64,000 bases of DNA, from assembly GCA_002344885.1 (NCBI GenBank), contig DDUQ01000142.1:65467-129466 (forward strand), read 5' to 3'. Of the stretch, positions 27,224 to 36,605 are shown piece after piece. Within the stretch, counting starts at the first letter, position 1; each line of letters begins with the position of its first letter. This stretch comes from Comamonadaceae bacterium UBA2334. Its GTDB lineage: Bacteria; Pseudomonadota; Gammaproteobacteria; Burkholderiales; Burkholderiaceae_C. The notes below the pieces were generated by a model. That model saw only the letters and a list, made by a program, of their open reading frames with translations, ran no database searches and was not told where the DNA came from. A program made the translations under genes and the position numbers.

Positions 27224-28429
27224 CTAAACGACCAAAGGCGGCCGTTCCATGGCTTCGATCTGTTCTTCCAGTTGATGGATCTGGCCAGCCCAGTAGTCGC
27301 TGCTGCCAAACCAGGGGAAGTTGGCGGGAAAGGCGGGGTCGGCCCAACGGCGGGCCAGCCACGCGTTGTAGTGGATCTGGCGTAGGGTGCGCAGCGGCTC
27401 GATCAGCCGCAGCTCACGCCGGTCAAACGGACGGAACTGTTCGTAGCCGTCGATCAGCGCCGAGAGTGCCAGGGTTTGCTCACGCCGGTCGTCACCCGGC
27501 AGCAGCATCCACAGGTCTTGCACGGCGGGGCCGGTGCGGGCATCGTCCAGGTCCACAAAGTGCGGGCCCCCGCCGGGCAGGTCGGTCGGCGTCCACAGGA
27601 TGTTGCCCGGGTGGCAGTCGCCATGCAGGCGCAGGTTGGTTCGGATGCTGTCAGCGTCGGACGATATTTTCTCTGAATAAAAATCGCCTTCAACGCTTTT
27701 CTGATATGCATCTATAGCTATTGTTTCAGACGTGCTGATGGATGAAGGGCTGCCACACAGTTCGGGTGCCACCTGTGCCAGCACCGTCAGCGTTTGGGTC
27801 AAGGTGGCCTCCCAGCGCGATTGCATGTCCAGCGGGATGCAGTGGTGGCCTAGCAGCCAGTCGCGCGACGCCAGGGCAAATGTTGCCGCATTCAGCGCCG
27901 GGCGGTGGACGAATGGCCGCACCTCCCCCACGCTGTGCAGGCGGGCAATGAAGCGGCCTGTCCATTCCAGCACGTCCAGGTTGTCCAGTTCCGGGCGGCG
28001 GCCGCCCTTGTACGGGCTGACAGAAAAGCCAAAACCGGCGTGCCGGTGCAGCGTGGCAGGGGCTCCGTTGCCAGTGTCGGCCATGCCTGGCAACGCCAGC
28101 GGGGCCACGACGGGCACCTCGGCCTGCACCAGCTCGGCCGAGAACGCATGTTCTTCGTCGATCTGCTCGGTGCGCCAGCGTTCCGGGCGGTAGAACTTCA
28201 GCACAACGGCGGGGTGGCCTTGCACGGGCTCGTCCAGGTGGGCCAGGTACACCCGGTTCTCGTAGGAATTGAGTGGCGTCAGGCGGCCATCGCCCCACAG
28301 ACCGATGCTGGACAGGGCATCCAGCACCACATCCGGGGTAAGCCGCTCGAACGGGTGTGCATCGGTGGCGGCTGCCGGGGGGGCATCAATCGGCGCGTGG
28401 TTCAGGGTTTTCCCGTGTGGTGTGGTCAT
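27224..28429 (-). CDS. srkA: Stress-response Ser/Thr kinase SrkA (YihE/RdoA)-like, carrying a roughly 35-40-aa in-frame insertion
   Basis: Within ORF 27224..28540. LNSYENRVY, LRLHGDCHPGNILW, VDLDDARTGPAVQDLWML, WADPAFPANFPWF. AT-rich insertion just before the HGD catalytic loop. Confidence 0.85.
   Translation of the reverse strand: MTTPHGKTLNHAPIDAPPAAATDAHPFERLTPDVVLDALSSIGLWGDGRLTPLNSYENRVYLAHLDEPVQGHPAVVLKFYRPERWRTEQIDEEHAFSAELVQAEVPVVAPLALPGMADTGNGAPATLHRHAGFGFSVSPYKGGRRPELDNLDVLEWTGRFIARLHSVGEVRPFVHRPALNAATFALASRDWLLGHHCIPLDMQSRWEATLTQTLTVLAQVAPELCGSPSSISTSETIAIDAYQKSVEGDFYSEKISSDADSIRTNLRLHGDCHPGNILWTPTDLPGGGPHFVDLDDARTGPAVQDLWMLLPGDDRREQTLALSALIDGYEQFRPFDRRELRLIEPLRTLRQIHYNAWLARRWADPAFPANFPWFGSSDYWAGQIHQLEEQIEAMERPPLVV
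27660..27721 (-). repeat. AT-rich element copy E, inside srkA in frame
   Basis: Reverse complement reads ACAATAGCTATAGATGCATATCAGAAAAGCGTTGAAGGCGATTTTTATTCAGAG. 18-nt spacer. Confidence 0.75.
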
Positions 28430-28552
28430 GTCCCGATTGTGCGCGTACCCAGGCTGCCCGGGCTGGCGGCCGCATGCGCGCCGGCGGACCACGGCGATGC
28501 CTCCCCCCAGATGGCCCCAAAGGCGGTGCGGCCCGCCCACTATGATCGGGCC

Positions 28553-29461
28553 ATGAGCCGTCGCCCTGCATCCCTGTCAACCACGTCCAGCCCGCGTGGC
28601 AAGCCGAGTCCACCCACTTCGACCGCCATCACAGTGGCCGAGCAACTGGGCCTGGCACCGGGTCAATCCATTGAATTGCTCAAGGCCCTGCACATCCTGA
28701 CGCGGGACGGCAAGCTCAACCAGGACAGTCGCCGCAAGCTCAAACAGGTGAACCATTTGCTGCAGTTCATCGAGCCCCTGTTGCAGCAGGTGCTCGATGT
28801 CCGGGGCGATGTCACGCTGGCCGACCACGGTGCGGGCAAGAGTTACCTGGGCTTCATGCTGTACGACCGCTTCTTCAGCCAGCGCGCGGTGGGCCACGTG
28901 TATGGCGTGGAAAGCCGCGCCGAGCTGGTGGAGCGTTCCCGCCAACTGGCCGAACAGCTGGACTTTGCGCGCATGTCTTTCCTGGCCCTGACGGTGCAGG
29001 AGGCACTGTCCAGCAGCACCCTGCCCGACACCATTGACGTGGTGACCGCGCTGCACGCCTGCGACACCGCCACCGACGATGCCATTGCCTTCGGGCTGGC
29101 CAAGCAGGCGCAGCACATGGTGCTGGTGCCCTGTTGCCAGGCCGAGGTGGCGGGTGTGTTGCGAAAGCACAAGGCGCTGAGCCTGTCCCGCACGCCGCTG
29201 AGTGAAATCTGGCGGCACCCGTTGCACACCCGCGAGTTCGGTAGCCAGATCACCAATGTGCTGCGTTGCCTGCAGCTCGAAGCCCATGGCTACCAGGTGA
29301 CGGTGACCGAACTGGTCGGCTGGGAGCACTCGATGAAGAACGAGCTGATCCTGGCCAGCCGGGTGGGCAAGGCCAAACACAGTGCCCGTGAGCGCCTGAA
29401 TCAGGTTTTGGAGGAACTGAACCTGCAGGAACTCAAGACCCGTTTCGGGCTCAGTGACTGA
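28553..29461 (+). CDS. SAM-dependent methyltransferase-like protein
   Basis: The last 302 codons of ORF 27905..29461. LADHGAGKSYLGFMLYD resembles methyltransferase motif I. The upstream part of the ORF is antisense to srkA and is judged non-coding. Confidence 0.7.
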   Translation: MSRRPASLSTTSSPRGKPSPPTSTAITVAEQLGLAPGQSIELLKALHILTRDGKLNQDSRRKLKQVNHLLQFIEPLLQQVLDVRGDVTLADHGAGKSYLGFMLYDRFFSQRAVGHVYGVESRAELVERSRQLAEQLDFARMSFLALTVQEALSSSTLPDTIDVVTALHACDTATDDAIAFGLAKQAQHMVLVPCCQAEVAGVLRKHKALSLSRTPLSEIWRHPLHTREFGSQITNVLRCLQLEAHGYQVTVTELVGWEHSMKNELILASRVGKAKHSARERLNQVLEELNLQELKTRFGLSD

Positions 29462-30657
29462 TGGGCAACGAACTCCATTTCCTGATCCAGTCTATGGCGT
29501 GGCCGCTGGTGCTGCTGGCCGCCTGGGCGGTGGGCGACGTGGCTTACAACCGCTGGCACATTCCCCGCGTGTCCAGCTATGTGGCGGTGGGCATGGTGGT
29601 GGGCACGGTCAACCTGCCCAACCTGACACCTGACATTGCCGGGCTGCCGTTTCTGGCCGATGTGGCGCTGGCGCTGGTGCTGTTTGAACTGGGCTACCGC
29701 ATCAACCTCCGGTGGTTCCGCGCCAACCCCTGGGTGCTATTGGCGGGCGTTGTCGAGTCGTTGCTGACGTTTGCGGTGGTGTTCTGGTTGCTGGGCCTGC
29801 TGGACGATTTCCGCCTGCACGTCCGGTTGGCGGTGGCGGCGCTGGCCATGGCCAGTTCGCCTGCGGGCATCTTGCGGGTGGTGCACGAGCTGCGCAGCAC
29901 CGGCCAGGTGACCGAGCGGGTCATGCACCTGACCGCCATCAACTGCCTGCTGTCGGTGCTCGCGCTCAAGCTGGTCATGGGGTCGCGCACGTTCAGGGTG
30001 TCGGGCGACTGGATGGAGGCCGCATTCGGCAGCCTGCACGTGCTGGCCACGTCGGTGGCGGTGGGCATGTTGCTGGGCTTTCTGGTGCCCAAGCTGCTCA
30101 AGGGTCGCATGCACGCGGCATCCGAGGGTGCCACCGTCGTCTTCGCGCTGGCGGTGTTGCTGCTGGTCACGGCGGCATCGGGCTTGAAACTGTCCCCCTT
30201 GTTGGCAGCGCTCACGTTTGGCATCGTGGCGCGCGAGCGGCGCGTGCATCTCACGCAGACGCAGCGCAATTTCGGCTCGGCCGGTGACCTGCTCAGTGTG
30301 TTCCTGTTTGTTTATGTGGCCTCTTTGCTGGACTGGAACGACGTGTTTGCCAGCATCGAGCTGGGGTTGTGGCTGGTGGTTGCGCGTTCGGCTGTGTTCG
30401 TGGCCGTCAACATGGCCACTGCGCGCGTCAGCGGCATCACCTACCGCAAAGGTCTGATGACCGGGCTGGCGCTGACGCCCATGTCGGCTTTTGTGGTGCT
30501 GATGGTCGGGCAGAGCGGGGTGGTAGGGTTCGACCTGGCTGAGCGGACGCTGTCCACCATTGCCGGCATGGTGCTGGTGCTCGAGTTGTTCGGGCCGCTG
30601 GTGACGCAGCGTGCATTGATGGCCGCCCGAGAAGCCCATGTGTCGCACGACAGCTGA
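29461..30657 (+). CDS. Cation:proton antiporter (CPA family membrane protein)
   Basis: 398-aa polytopic ORF. Its ATG overlaps the upstream stop (TGATG). Confidence 0.8.
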   Translation: MGNELHFLIQSMAWPLVLLAAWAVGDVAYNRWHIPRVSSYVAVGMVVGTVNLPNLTPDIAGLPFLADVALALVLFELGYRINLRWFRANPWVLLAGVVESLLTFAVVFWLLGLLDDFRLHVRLAVAALAMASSPAGILRVVHELRSTGQVTERVMHLTAINCLLSVLALKLVMGSRTFRVSGDWMEAAFGSLHVLATSVAVGMLLGFLVPKLLKGRMHAASEGATVVFALAVLLLVTAASGLKLSPLLAALTFGIVARERRVHLTQTQRNFGSAGDLLSVFLFVYVASLLDWNDVFASIELGLWLVVARSAVFVAVNMATARVSGITYRKGLMTGLALTPMSAFVVLMVGQSGVVGFDLAERTLSTIAGMVLVLELFGPLVTQRALMAAREAHVSHDS

Positions 30658-30701
30658 TCTGTCCACATCCGCTCACCGCACTCTCGCCACAGGTCGCCCC
30701 C

Positions 30702-31820
30702 ATGCCATTGGAAACATTCAAGTCATCAGATTCGCTCACGCTGGGCGTCGAGTTGGAGTTGCAACTGGTCAATGCCTACGATTTTGACCTGTCCAGCAGC
30801 GCCGATGACCTGCTGGAGCTTTTGAGCCGCGCACCGTTTCCTGGCGTGGTCACGCCAGAGATGACGCAGAGCATGATCGAGGTGGCCACCGGCATCCACA
30901 CCCGCCACGGGCCGCTCCTGGCGCAGCTGCAGGACATCCGCAACACGCTGGTGGCGGGCTGCGACCGGCTGAACATCGAGATTGCCGGGGGCGGCACCCA
31001 TCCGTTCCAGCGCTGGTTCGAGCAACGCATTTTTGCCCGGCCGCGTTTCAAGCACCTGTCGGGGCTGTACGGTTACCTGGCGAAGCAGTTCACCGTGTTC
31101 GGGCAGCATGTGCATGTGGGCTGTGCCAGTCCTGACGAAGCCCTGTTTCTGTTGCATGCGCTCAACCGCTATGTGCCGCATTTCATTGCGCTGTCGGCAT
31201 CGTCACCGTTTTTCCAGGGTGTGGACACGCTGTTCGACTCTGCCCGTTTGAACTCGGTGTTTGCTTTTCCGTTGAGCGGCCGCGCGCCGTTCACGTTGAG
31301 TTGGGATGAGTTTGCCAACGTCTACTTCACCAAGATGGAGTCCACCGGCGTCGTGACGTCGATGAAGGATTTTTATTGGGACATCCGCCCCAAGCCCGAG
31401 TACGGGACCATCGAGTTGCGGGTGTGCGACACCCCTCTCACGGTCGAGCGCGCCGCAGCCCTGGCGTGCTACCTGCAGGCACTGTGTCGCCACCTGTTAG
31501 CCCGCAGTGAACCATTGCCTGAAGAAGACGACTACCTCGTCTACACCTACAACCGCTTCCAGGCCTGCCGGTTCGGCCTGGACGGCACCATGGTCAACCC
31601 CAAAACGCGCGAGCAGATCAGCATCCGTGAAGACGTGCTGGCCACCTTGCGCACGTTGCAGCCGCATGCGGTCGCGCTGGACTCGTTGGCTGCGCTGGAC
31701 GAAATCGAGCGCACCGCCGCACACGATGGCAACCATGCCACCTGGTTGCGCCAGCGGTTCGCCGAACACGGCAGCGTTCAGGGCGTGGTGCGCTCGGCGG
31801 CCGACTTGCTGCGGGCCTGA
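30702..31820 (+). CDS. ybdK: Carboxylate-amine ligase YbdK (glutamate-cysteine ligase family 2)
   Basis: [36 protein letters not shown]. Confidence 0.88.
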   Translation: MPLETFKSSDSLTLGVELELQLVNAYDFDLSSSADDLLELLSRAPFPGVVTPEMTQSMIEVATGIHTRHGPLLAQLQDIRNTLVAGCDRLNIEIAGGGTHPFQRWFEQRIFARPRFKHLSGLYGYLAKQFTVFGQHVHVGCASPDEALFLLHALNRYVPHFIALSASSPFFQGVDTLFDSARLNSVFAFPLSGRAPFTLSWDEFANVYFTKMESTGVVTSMKDFYWDIRPKPEYGTIELRVCDTPLTVERAAALACYLQALCRHLLARSEPLPEEDDYLVYTYNRFQACRFGLDGTMVNPKTREQISIREDVLATLRTLQPHAVALDSLAALDEIERTAAHDGNHATWLRQRFAEHGSVQGVVRSAADLLRA

Positions 31821-32124
31821 CATCCACGCAAAATGCAGTCGGCGATGCGTACGGCATCGCATTTGCCCCTGGGGCAGGAGGTAGGGTCATGGATGACACA
31901 AGCGTGTCCGCATTGCCCGTCGCGGGCGGGATGGCGCGTCGTCGGTTCGGTGGCTGGCTGGCTGCGGCGTTGTGGGCCTGAAAGCGCTGACGGCCAGCCA
32001 GGTCGGAGGGCATTGACAGTCAGATCCGGTTGCTGGGCGTGAGTACCAGCCTGTACTGCTTGTATGACGAGGTGCTGAAAGGCTGAGGTGGCCGCAGCAC
32101 GGGTGTTTGCGCCCGGCCGTGTTG

Positions 32125-32958
32125 TCAACTCGCGAAGCGCTTGCGGGTGAGCGCCAGCGCCACCCAGAATCCTGCGAGGGCGTAGGCCGCCAGCACGCCC
32201 AGGTGCAACCAGGCGTTGTCAGGCCAGCGATCGAGGAACAAGGGGCGCACCAGCGCCACGGCATGGGTCAGCGGCAGTGCGTCGGACAGCACCTGTACGG
32301 CAGGGGGCAACTGGCTTCGGGGGAAAAACACGCCGCTCAGGAACATCATGGGCGTGAGCCCGAGGGTGAAGTAGTAAGTGAAAAAGTCGTAGCCCTTGGC
32401 CAGCGCGTTGAACACCAGTGCCAGGCAACTGAAGGTGATGCCCACAAGCATCAGAACGGGCAACACCAGCAGCAGTTTGGCACTGTGGCTGATGCCCAGT
32501 GCCAGCATCACACCCAGAATGGCCGTGACGGTGAACAGCGATTTGAAGGCGGCCCACAGCATCTCGGCCAGCACCACGTCGTCGAGCAGAACGGGCGCGT
32601 TGAGGATGCCGTCCCACGTTTTCTGCACATGCATGCGCGAAAACGCCGAGTACAGCGCTTCGAACGTAGCAGCGTTCATGGCGCTCATGCAGATGCTGCC
32701 ACTGGCCAGGAACACGATGTAGGGCACCTGGCTGCCGTCCAGCTCCACCTCGCCCACCAGCGCACCCAGCCCGTAGCCGAAAGCCAGCAGCCACATCAGG
32801 GGCTCGGCAATGTTGCCCACCAGGCTGGGAATGGCCAGCTTTTTCCAAACCAGCAAATTGCGCCGCCAGACGGGCCACCAACGGCCGGACAGCCTCGGTG
32901 CCGCCCAGTGGTTGGGCAATGGAACAACTGTGGTGGAGGTGGCGGGTGTGTAGGGCAT
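32125..32958 (-). CDS. ABC-2 type exporter permease (NodJ-like)
   Basis: 277-aa six-TM-like ORF. The paired ATPase gene lies at 33792..34751. Confidence 0.8.
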   Translation of the reverse strand: MPYTPATSTTVVPLPNHWAAPRLSGRWWPVWRRNLLVWKKLAIPSLVGNIAEPLMWLLAFGYGLGALVGEVELDGSQVPYIVFLASGSICMSAMNAATFEALYSAFSRMHVQKTWDGILNAPVLLDDVVLAEMLWAAFKSLFTVTAILGVMLALGISHSAKLLLVLPVLMLVGITFSCLALVFNALAKGYDFFTYYFTLGLTPMMFLSGVFFPRSQLPPAVQVLSDALPLTHAVALVRPLFLDRWPDNAWLHLGVLAAYALAGFWVALALTRKRFAS

Positions 32959-32967
32959 GTCAGATTG

Positions 32968-33014
32968 TGGATGAAAATGGCCTTCGGCGCTTATTTTGTG
33001 TCAGTGAGTGCTAT
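32968..33014 (-). repeat. AT-rich element copy F, immediately upstream of the permease start
   Basis: Reverse complement reads AACATAGCACTCACTGACACAAAATAAGCGCCGAAGGCCATTTTCATCCAC. 17-nt spacer. Confidence 0.7.
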
Positions 33015-33058
33015 GTTAAATATAACACTTACTGCCGATTCTGCCTGTACGAAAGGCC

Positions 33059-33085
33059 AAAAAAAAGCCCGAGGTAACTCGGGCT
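33059..33085 (-). terminator. Rho-independent terminator after the OmpA-like gene
   Basis: Minus strand reads AGCCCGAG-TTAC-CTCGGGCT followed by T8. Confidence 0.75.
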
Positions 33086-33114
33086 GTTGTGGCGCGGTGC
33101 CAGGGGGCAGGCGG

Positions 33115-33603
33115 TTATTGAACCGCCACCTCCACGCGGCGCGCGGCTTTGTCCGAGCCGCTGGCCAGGGTGTTCTCGGGCTTTTTCAGTTCCACCTTGT
33201 CCGCAGCAACGCCCAATGCCGTCAGGGCATCGCGCACGGCGAGGGCGCGCTGCTTGGCCAACTCGGCATTCTTCTCGGGGTCGCCGGTGGCATCGTGGAA
33301 ACCACTCAGCACGGCCTTTTTGCCGTCGGCCACAGCCTTGACGACGCTGGCCAGTGCTTCGTTGGCACCGGCAGCCAGAGTCGCTTGGCCCGATGCAAAA
33401 AAGAAGGTCACCAGACCATCCTGAACCAGGATGCTGGCATCGCTGTCAGCGGCAGCCACAGCGACCGGTGCCACTGCAGGCGCAACTGGCTTGGAAAAAC
33501 CACGCAGTGCTGCGATGCCGATCACGAATGCAATCACCAGCGTCAACAGCCCGAACAGCAGCCCGAGAACCAGGCCGGTGTTGTCGTCGTCTTGAGAACC
33601 CAT
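33115..33603 (-). CDS. OmpA/MotB-family peptidoglycan-binding protein with a single N-terminal TM segment
   Basis: Within ORF 33115..33750. Start MGSQDDDNTGLVLGLLFGLLTLVIAFVIGIAAL. C-terminal LSGFHDATGDPEKNAELAKQRALAVRDAL ... ARRVEV. Confidence 0.8.
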   Translation of the reverse strand: MGSQDDDNTGLVLGLLFGLLTLVIAFVIGIAALRGFSKPVAPAVAPVAVAAADSDASILVQDGLVTFFFASGQATLAAGANEALASVVKAVADGKKAVLSGFHDATGDPEKNAELAKQRALAVRDALTALGVAADKVELKKPENTLASGSDKAARRVEVAVQ

Positions 33604-33791
33604 TGTGTCAAACCTCCGTAAAAAATGACGGGGCGGATTGTACGTGCGCGCCCTTTGCAGTCTCTGACTGCGGGATCTGACACCTGCGCAATGACATCTG
33701 TGAGGCCCGACAGCCGGTTCTGGGAAGCGAACCGGGTCCTGACGTCGCACCGCGTGGCTGTTCGGCAGCCGACGGTGCGGACGAAGTGTGG

Positions 33792-34751
33792 TCAGCCGTC
33801 GGCGCGGATTTGTCGACCGGTGAGCTTGAGAAACAGGTCTTCCAGGTTGGCGGGCCGGTGCAAGGTGCGCAGGCCATGGTGCGGTGCCAATTCGGCCAGC
33901 AATGGAGCAGCCTGTGCTGTGTAGAAGAAAACGGTTTCACCGCTGACCTCGACGCGCGATGCCAGCCGCGCCAGATCGGCGTGCTGGAGAGCCAGTGCAC
34001 CTTGCCCGTACACCTCGACGACATCGGGCTCCAGGTGCTGGCTGACCAGTGTGCGCGGTGCCCCTTCTGCAATTTGCCGGCCATGATCCAGCACGACCAG
34101 GCGGTTGCACAGGCGCTCGGCTTCGTCCATGAAATGGGTGGTCAGGAGGATGGACTTGCCTTGTTGGAGCAGTTGCTGCAGGCGTTCCCACATCAGGTGA
34201 CGGGCTTGCGGGTCCAGGCCGGTGGTGGGTTCGTCCAGCAACAGCAGTGCTGGCTGGTTGACGAGCGCGCGTGCCAGCGACAGCCGCCGCTTCATGCCGC
34301 CAGAGAGTTCGCCCGGTTTGGCCTGCGCTTTGTGCGCCAACGCCGCAAAGTCCAGCAAGCCGGGGATGCGTGCTTTGAGTTCGGCATCCGGCAGACCGAA
34401 GTAACGGCCATAAACCAGCAGGTTTTCGGCGCACGAGAAATCGGGGTCCAGCGTGTCGAATTGGCTCACCACACCCAGATGGGCTTTGATGGCCAGCGCA
34501 TCGGCGGGCAGGGTCAACCAGCCGCCCGGCTGCGCCGCTGTGCCGGGTGACCTGAAACGGACACAGCCGCTGTCGGGTTGCGTCAGGCCCAGGCACATGC
34601 GCAGTGTGGTGGTTTTACCGGCGCCGTTCGGACCGATCACGCCCAGGCACTCACCAGGCCGGATGTGCAGCGACACATCGTTGACAACCTGCGCATCGCC
34701 ATAGCGCTTGTGCAGGTTGATCGCTTCGAACAGGGTGTCGTCGGTGGTCAT
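33792..34751 (-). CDS. ABC-2 type exporter ATP-binding protein (NodI-like)
   Basis: Walker A GPNGAGKTT, signature LSGGMKRRLSLA, Walker B LLLDEPTTGLD. Confidence 0.9.
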   Translation of the reverse strand: MTTDDTLFEAINLHKRYGDAQVVNDVSLHIRPGECLGVIGPNGAGKTTTLRMCLGLTQPDSGCVRFRSPGTAAQPGGWLTLPADALAIKAHLGVVSQFDTLDPDFSCAENLLVYGRYFGLPDAELKARIPGLLDFAALAHKAQAKPGELSGGMKRRLSLARALVNQPALLLLDEPTTGLDPQARHLMWERLQQLLQQGKSILLTTHFMDEAERLCNRLVVLDHGRQIAEGAPRTLVSQHLEPDVVEVYGQGALALQHADLARLASRVEVSGETVFFYTAQAAPLLAELAPHHGLRTLHRPANLEDLFLKLTGRQIRADG

Positions 34752-34985
34752 GGTGGCTGTGGCGTTGTGTGAGACCCGTTTGGGTCAACGCCCGGATTCT
34801 GGCCGATCGGCCGTGGTCTTGCCTTGTCCTCGCGTTCTCCTTGCTGCCGGGTGGGTGTGTCGCGTACACGGCATGTGGTGGAAAGCGAGGGGCGGGCAAG
34901 CGGAGGGCACAACGTGTCTGCACACTTAGAATGTGCGCGCTTCCCGCCCCTTGCCAGGGGGCTTGGGTACCCACAGGAGACTGAT

Positions 34986-35843
34986 TTGTCCGATTTTTGG
35001 GCCGTTGCCCCGCAATATGTTCTGCCCAAACAGGCGTTGACCCAACTGGCAGGCTGGTTTGCCCGGGCTCAGGGGGGTGGGTTGACGACAGCCGTGATCC
35101 GGTGGTTCGTGCGCCGCTACAACGTCAACATGGCCGAGGCGGCTGAGCCTGATCCGGCTGCTTACGCCACCTTCAACGATTTTTTCACCCGCCCACTCCG
35201 GTCGGATGCACGTCCGCTCGATGCGGCCGATTGGGTGTGCCCGGTGGACGGTGCAATCAGCCAGTTGGGTGCCATCAGTGGCGACCAGGTGTTTCAGGCC
35301 AAGGGACACAGTTACTCCACCACGGCATTGGTGGGGGGCGATGCTGCGCTGGCCAGCCAGTTCCAGGACGGGCAGTTTGCAACCATCTACCTCAGCCCGC
35401 GCGATTACCACCGCATTCACATGCCCTGTGCGGGTTCGCTCACACGCATGGTGTATGTGCCGGGGGAACTTTTCTCCGTCAATCCGGCCACTGCCCGGGG
35501 CGTGCCGGGCTTGTTTGCCCGGAATGAGCGGGTGGTGTGTGTGTTCGACACCCCGCTAGGCCCGATGGTGCTGGTGCTGGTGGGGGCCACGATCGTGGGC
35601 AGCATGGCGACCGTCTGGCATGGCGTGGTCAACCCGCCCCGTCGACCCGATGTCGAAACCTGGACTTATGCCGACGATGACGTCGTGCTGAAGCAGGGCG
35701 ACGAAATGGGGCGCTTCATGTTGGGGTCGACGGTGGTCATGCTGTGGCCCCAGTCGGCGGGTTTGCGCTTCCAGCACGACTGGGTGGCCACGCGCCCCGT
35801 GCGCATGGGTGAGGTCATGGCCAACAGCCTCGTCAGGCGCTGA
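34986..35843 (+). CDS. psd: Phosphatidylserine decarboxylase proenzyme
   Basis: Within ORF 34824..35843. LSPRDYHRIHMP and the LGST self-cleavage site. TTG start after AGGAGA aligns with the E. coli Psd N-terminus as I recall it. Confidence 0.88.
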   Translation: MSDFWAVAPQYVLPKQALTQLAGWFARAQGGGLTTAVIRWFVRRYNVNMAEAAEPDPAAYATFNDFFTRPLRSDARPLDAADWVCPVDGAISQLGAISGDQVFQAKGHSYSTTALVGGDAALASQFQDGQFATIYLSPRDYHRIHMPCAGSLTRMVYVPGELFSVNPATARGVPGLFARNERVVCVFDTPLGPMVLVLVGATIVGSMATVWHGVVNPPRRPDVETWTYADDDVVLKQGDEMGRFMLGSTVVMLWPQSAGLRFQHDWVATRPVRMGEVMANSLVRR

Positions 35844-36035
35844 GCCTGCCGGGCGGGTCCTCGTGCAAGCCCGGCCGAGTGGGTGATGGTGCCCCCGAAT
35901 TTGATGTGCATCAAGCCTGCGTCAATCAGGGCCTTGATTTGAGTGCCCGACTGCACTTTTGGCGGCCTGGTTGGCCTACAGTACGGTTCTGGTGTGCACC
36001 CATGTGCACAGTTACTACGCATGATGAGGTGATGC

Positions 36036-36485
36036 ATGTCCGTCGAGCAAGAGCAACAAGCCGCTGTGGCCGACCATTTGAAACGGGTGGGTGCGTCGAT
36101 CGAGGAGTTGAATTCACGCATCGCCCGCCTGGCGATTGCGTTGGGTGTCAACCTGGACACGCCACAGGCGGTCGATCAGGTCATGGCCGAGTCGAATGCC
36201 AAGGTGAAGACTGTTTTGCCCCCTGACGGCCACGATCGGCGCGGCGGTGTGGCTGACCGTCGATCTGTCAGCGGGGGGCGTTCAAGGGGTCCTGACCGGC
36301 GTCAGGCCCACACTTGGGTCGAGTTGCGGGGCTTGCTGGTGCTGCGCTACGGGGTTGAGCGCCAGACCATCGAAAACTACGGTCTGGACACCACACGCAA
36401 CCTCATGACCGCTGCGTCCGACCACATGACCCGCGAAGGCTTCAAGCCCGGTGCCGACGGGGTTGATCTGAAGCATCTGGGCTGA
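36036..36485 (+). CDS. Hypothetical protein (149 aa): coiled-coil N-terminus, Arg-rich DRR-repeat linker, small C-terminal domain
   Basis: Clean ATG ORF with coding-like composition. No recognisable family. Confidence 0.5.
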   Translation: MSVEQEQQAAVADHLKRVGASIEELNSRIARLAIALGVNLDTPQAVDQVMAESNAKVKTVLPPDGHDRRGGVADRRSVSGGRSRGPDRRQAHTWVELRGLLVLRYGVERQTIENYGLDTTRNLMTAASDHMTREGFKPGADGVDLKHLG

Positions 36486-36605
36486 TCCCGGTTTCCCCTT
36501 TCTTTTCCCGCAGCGGCCGCCAGGTTGCTGGCGGGGCATGCCGTGCCTGACATGCGCCTGTCATGGCAGCGTTCTAAAACACAGGGCTTTGGCCTGACAG
36601 AACCC

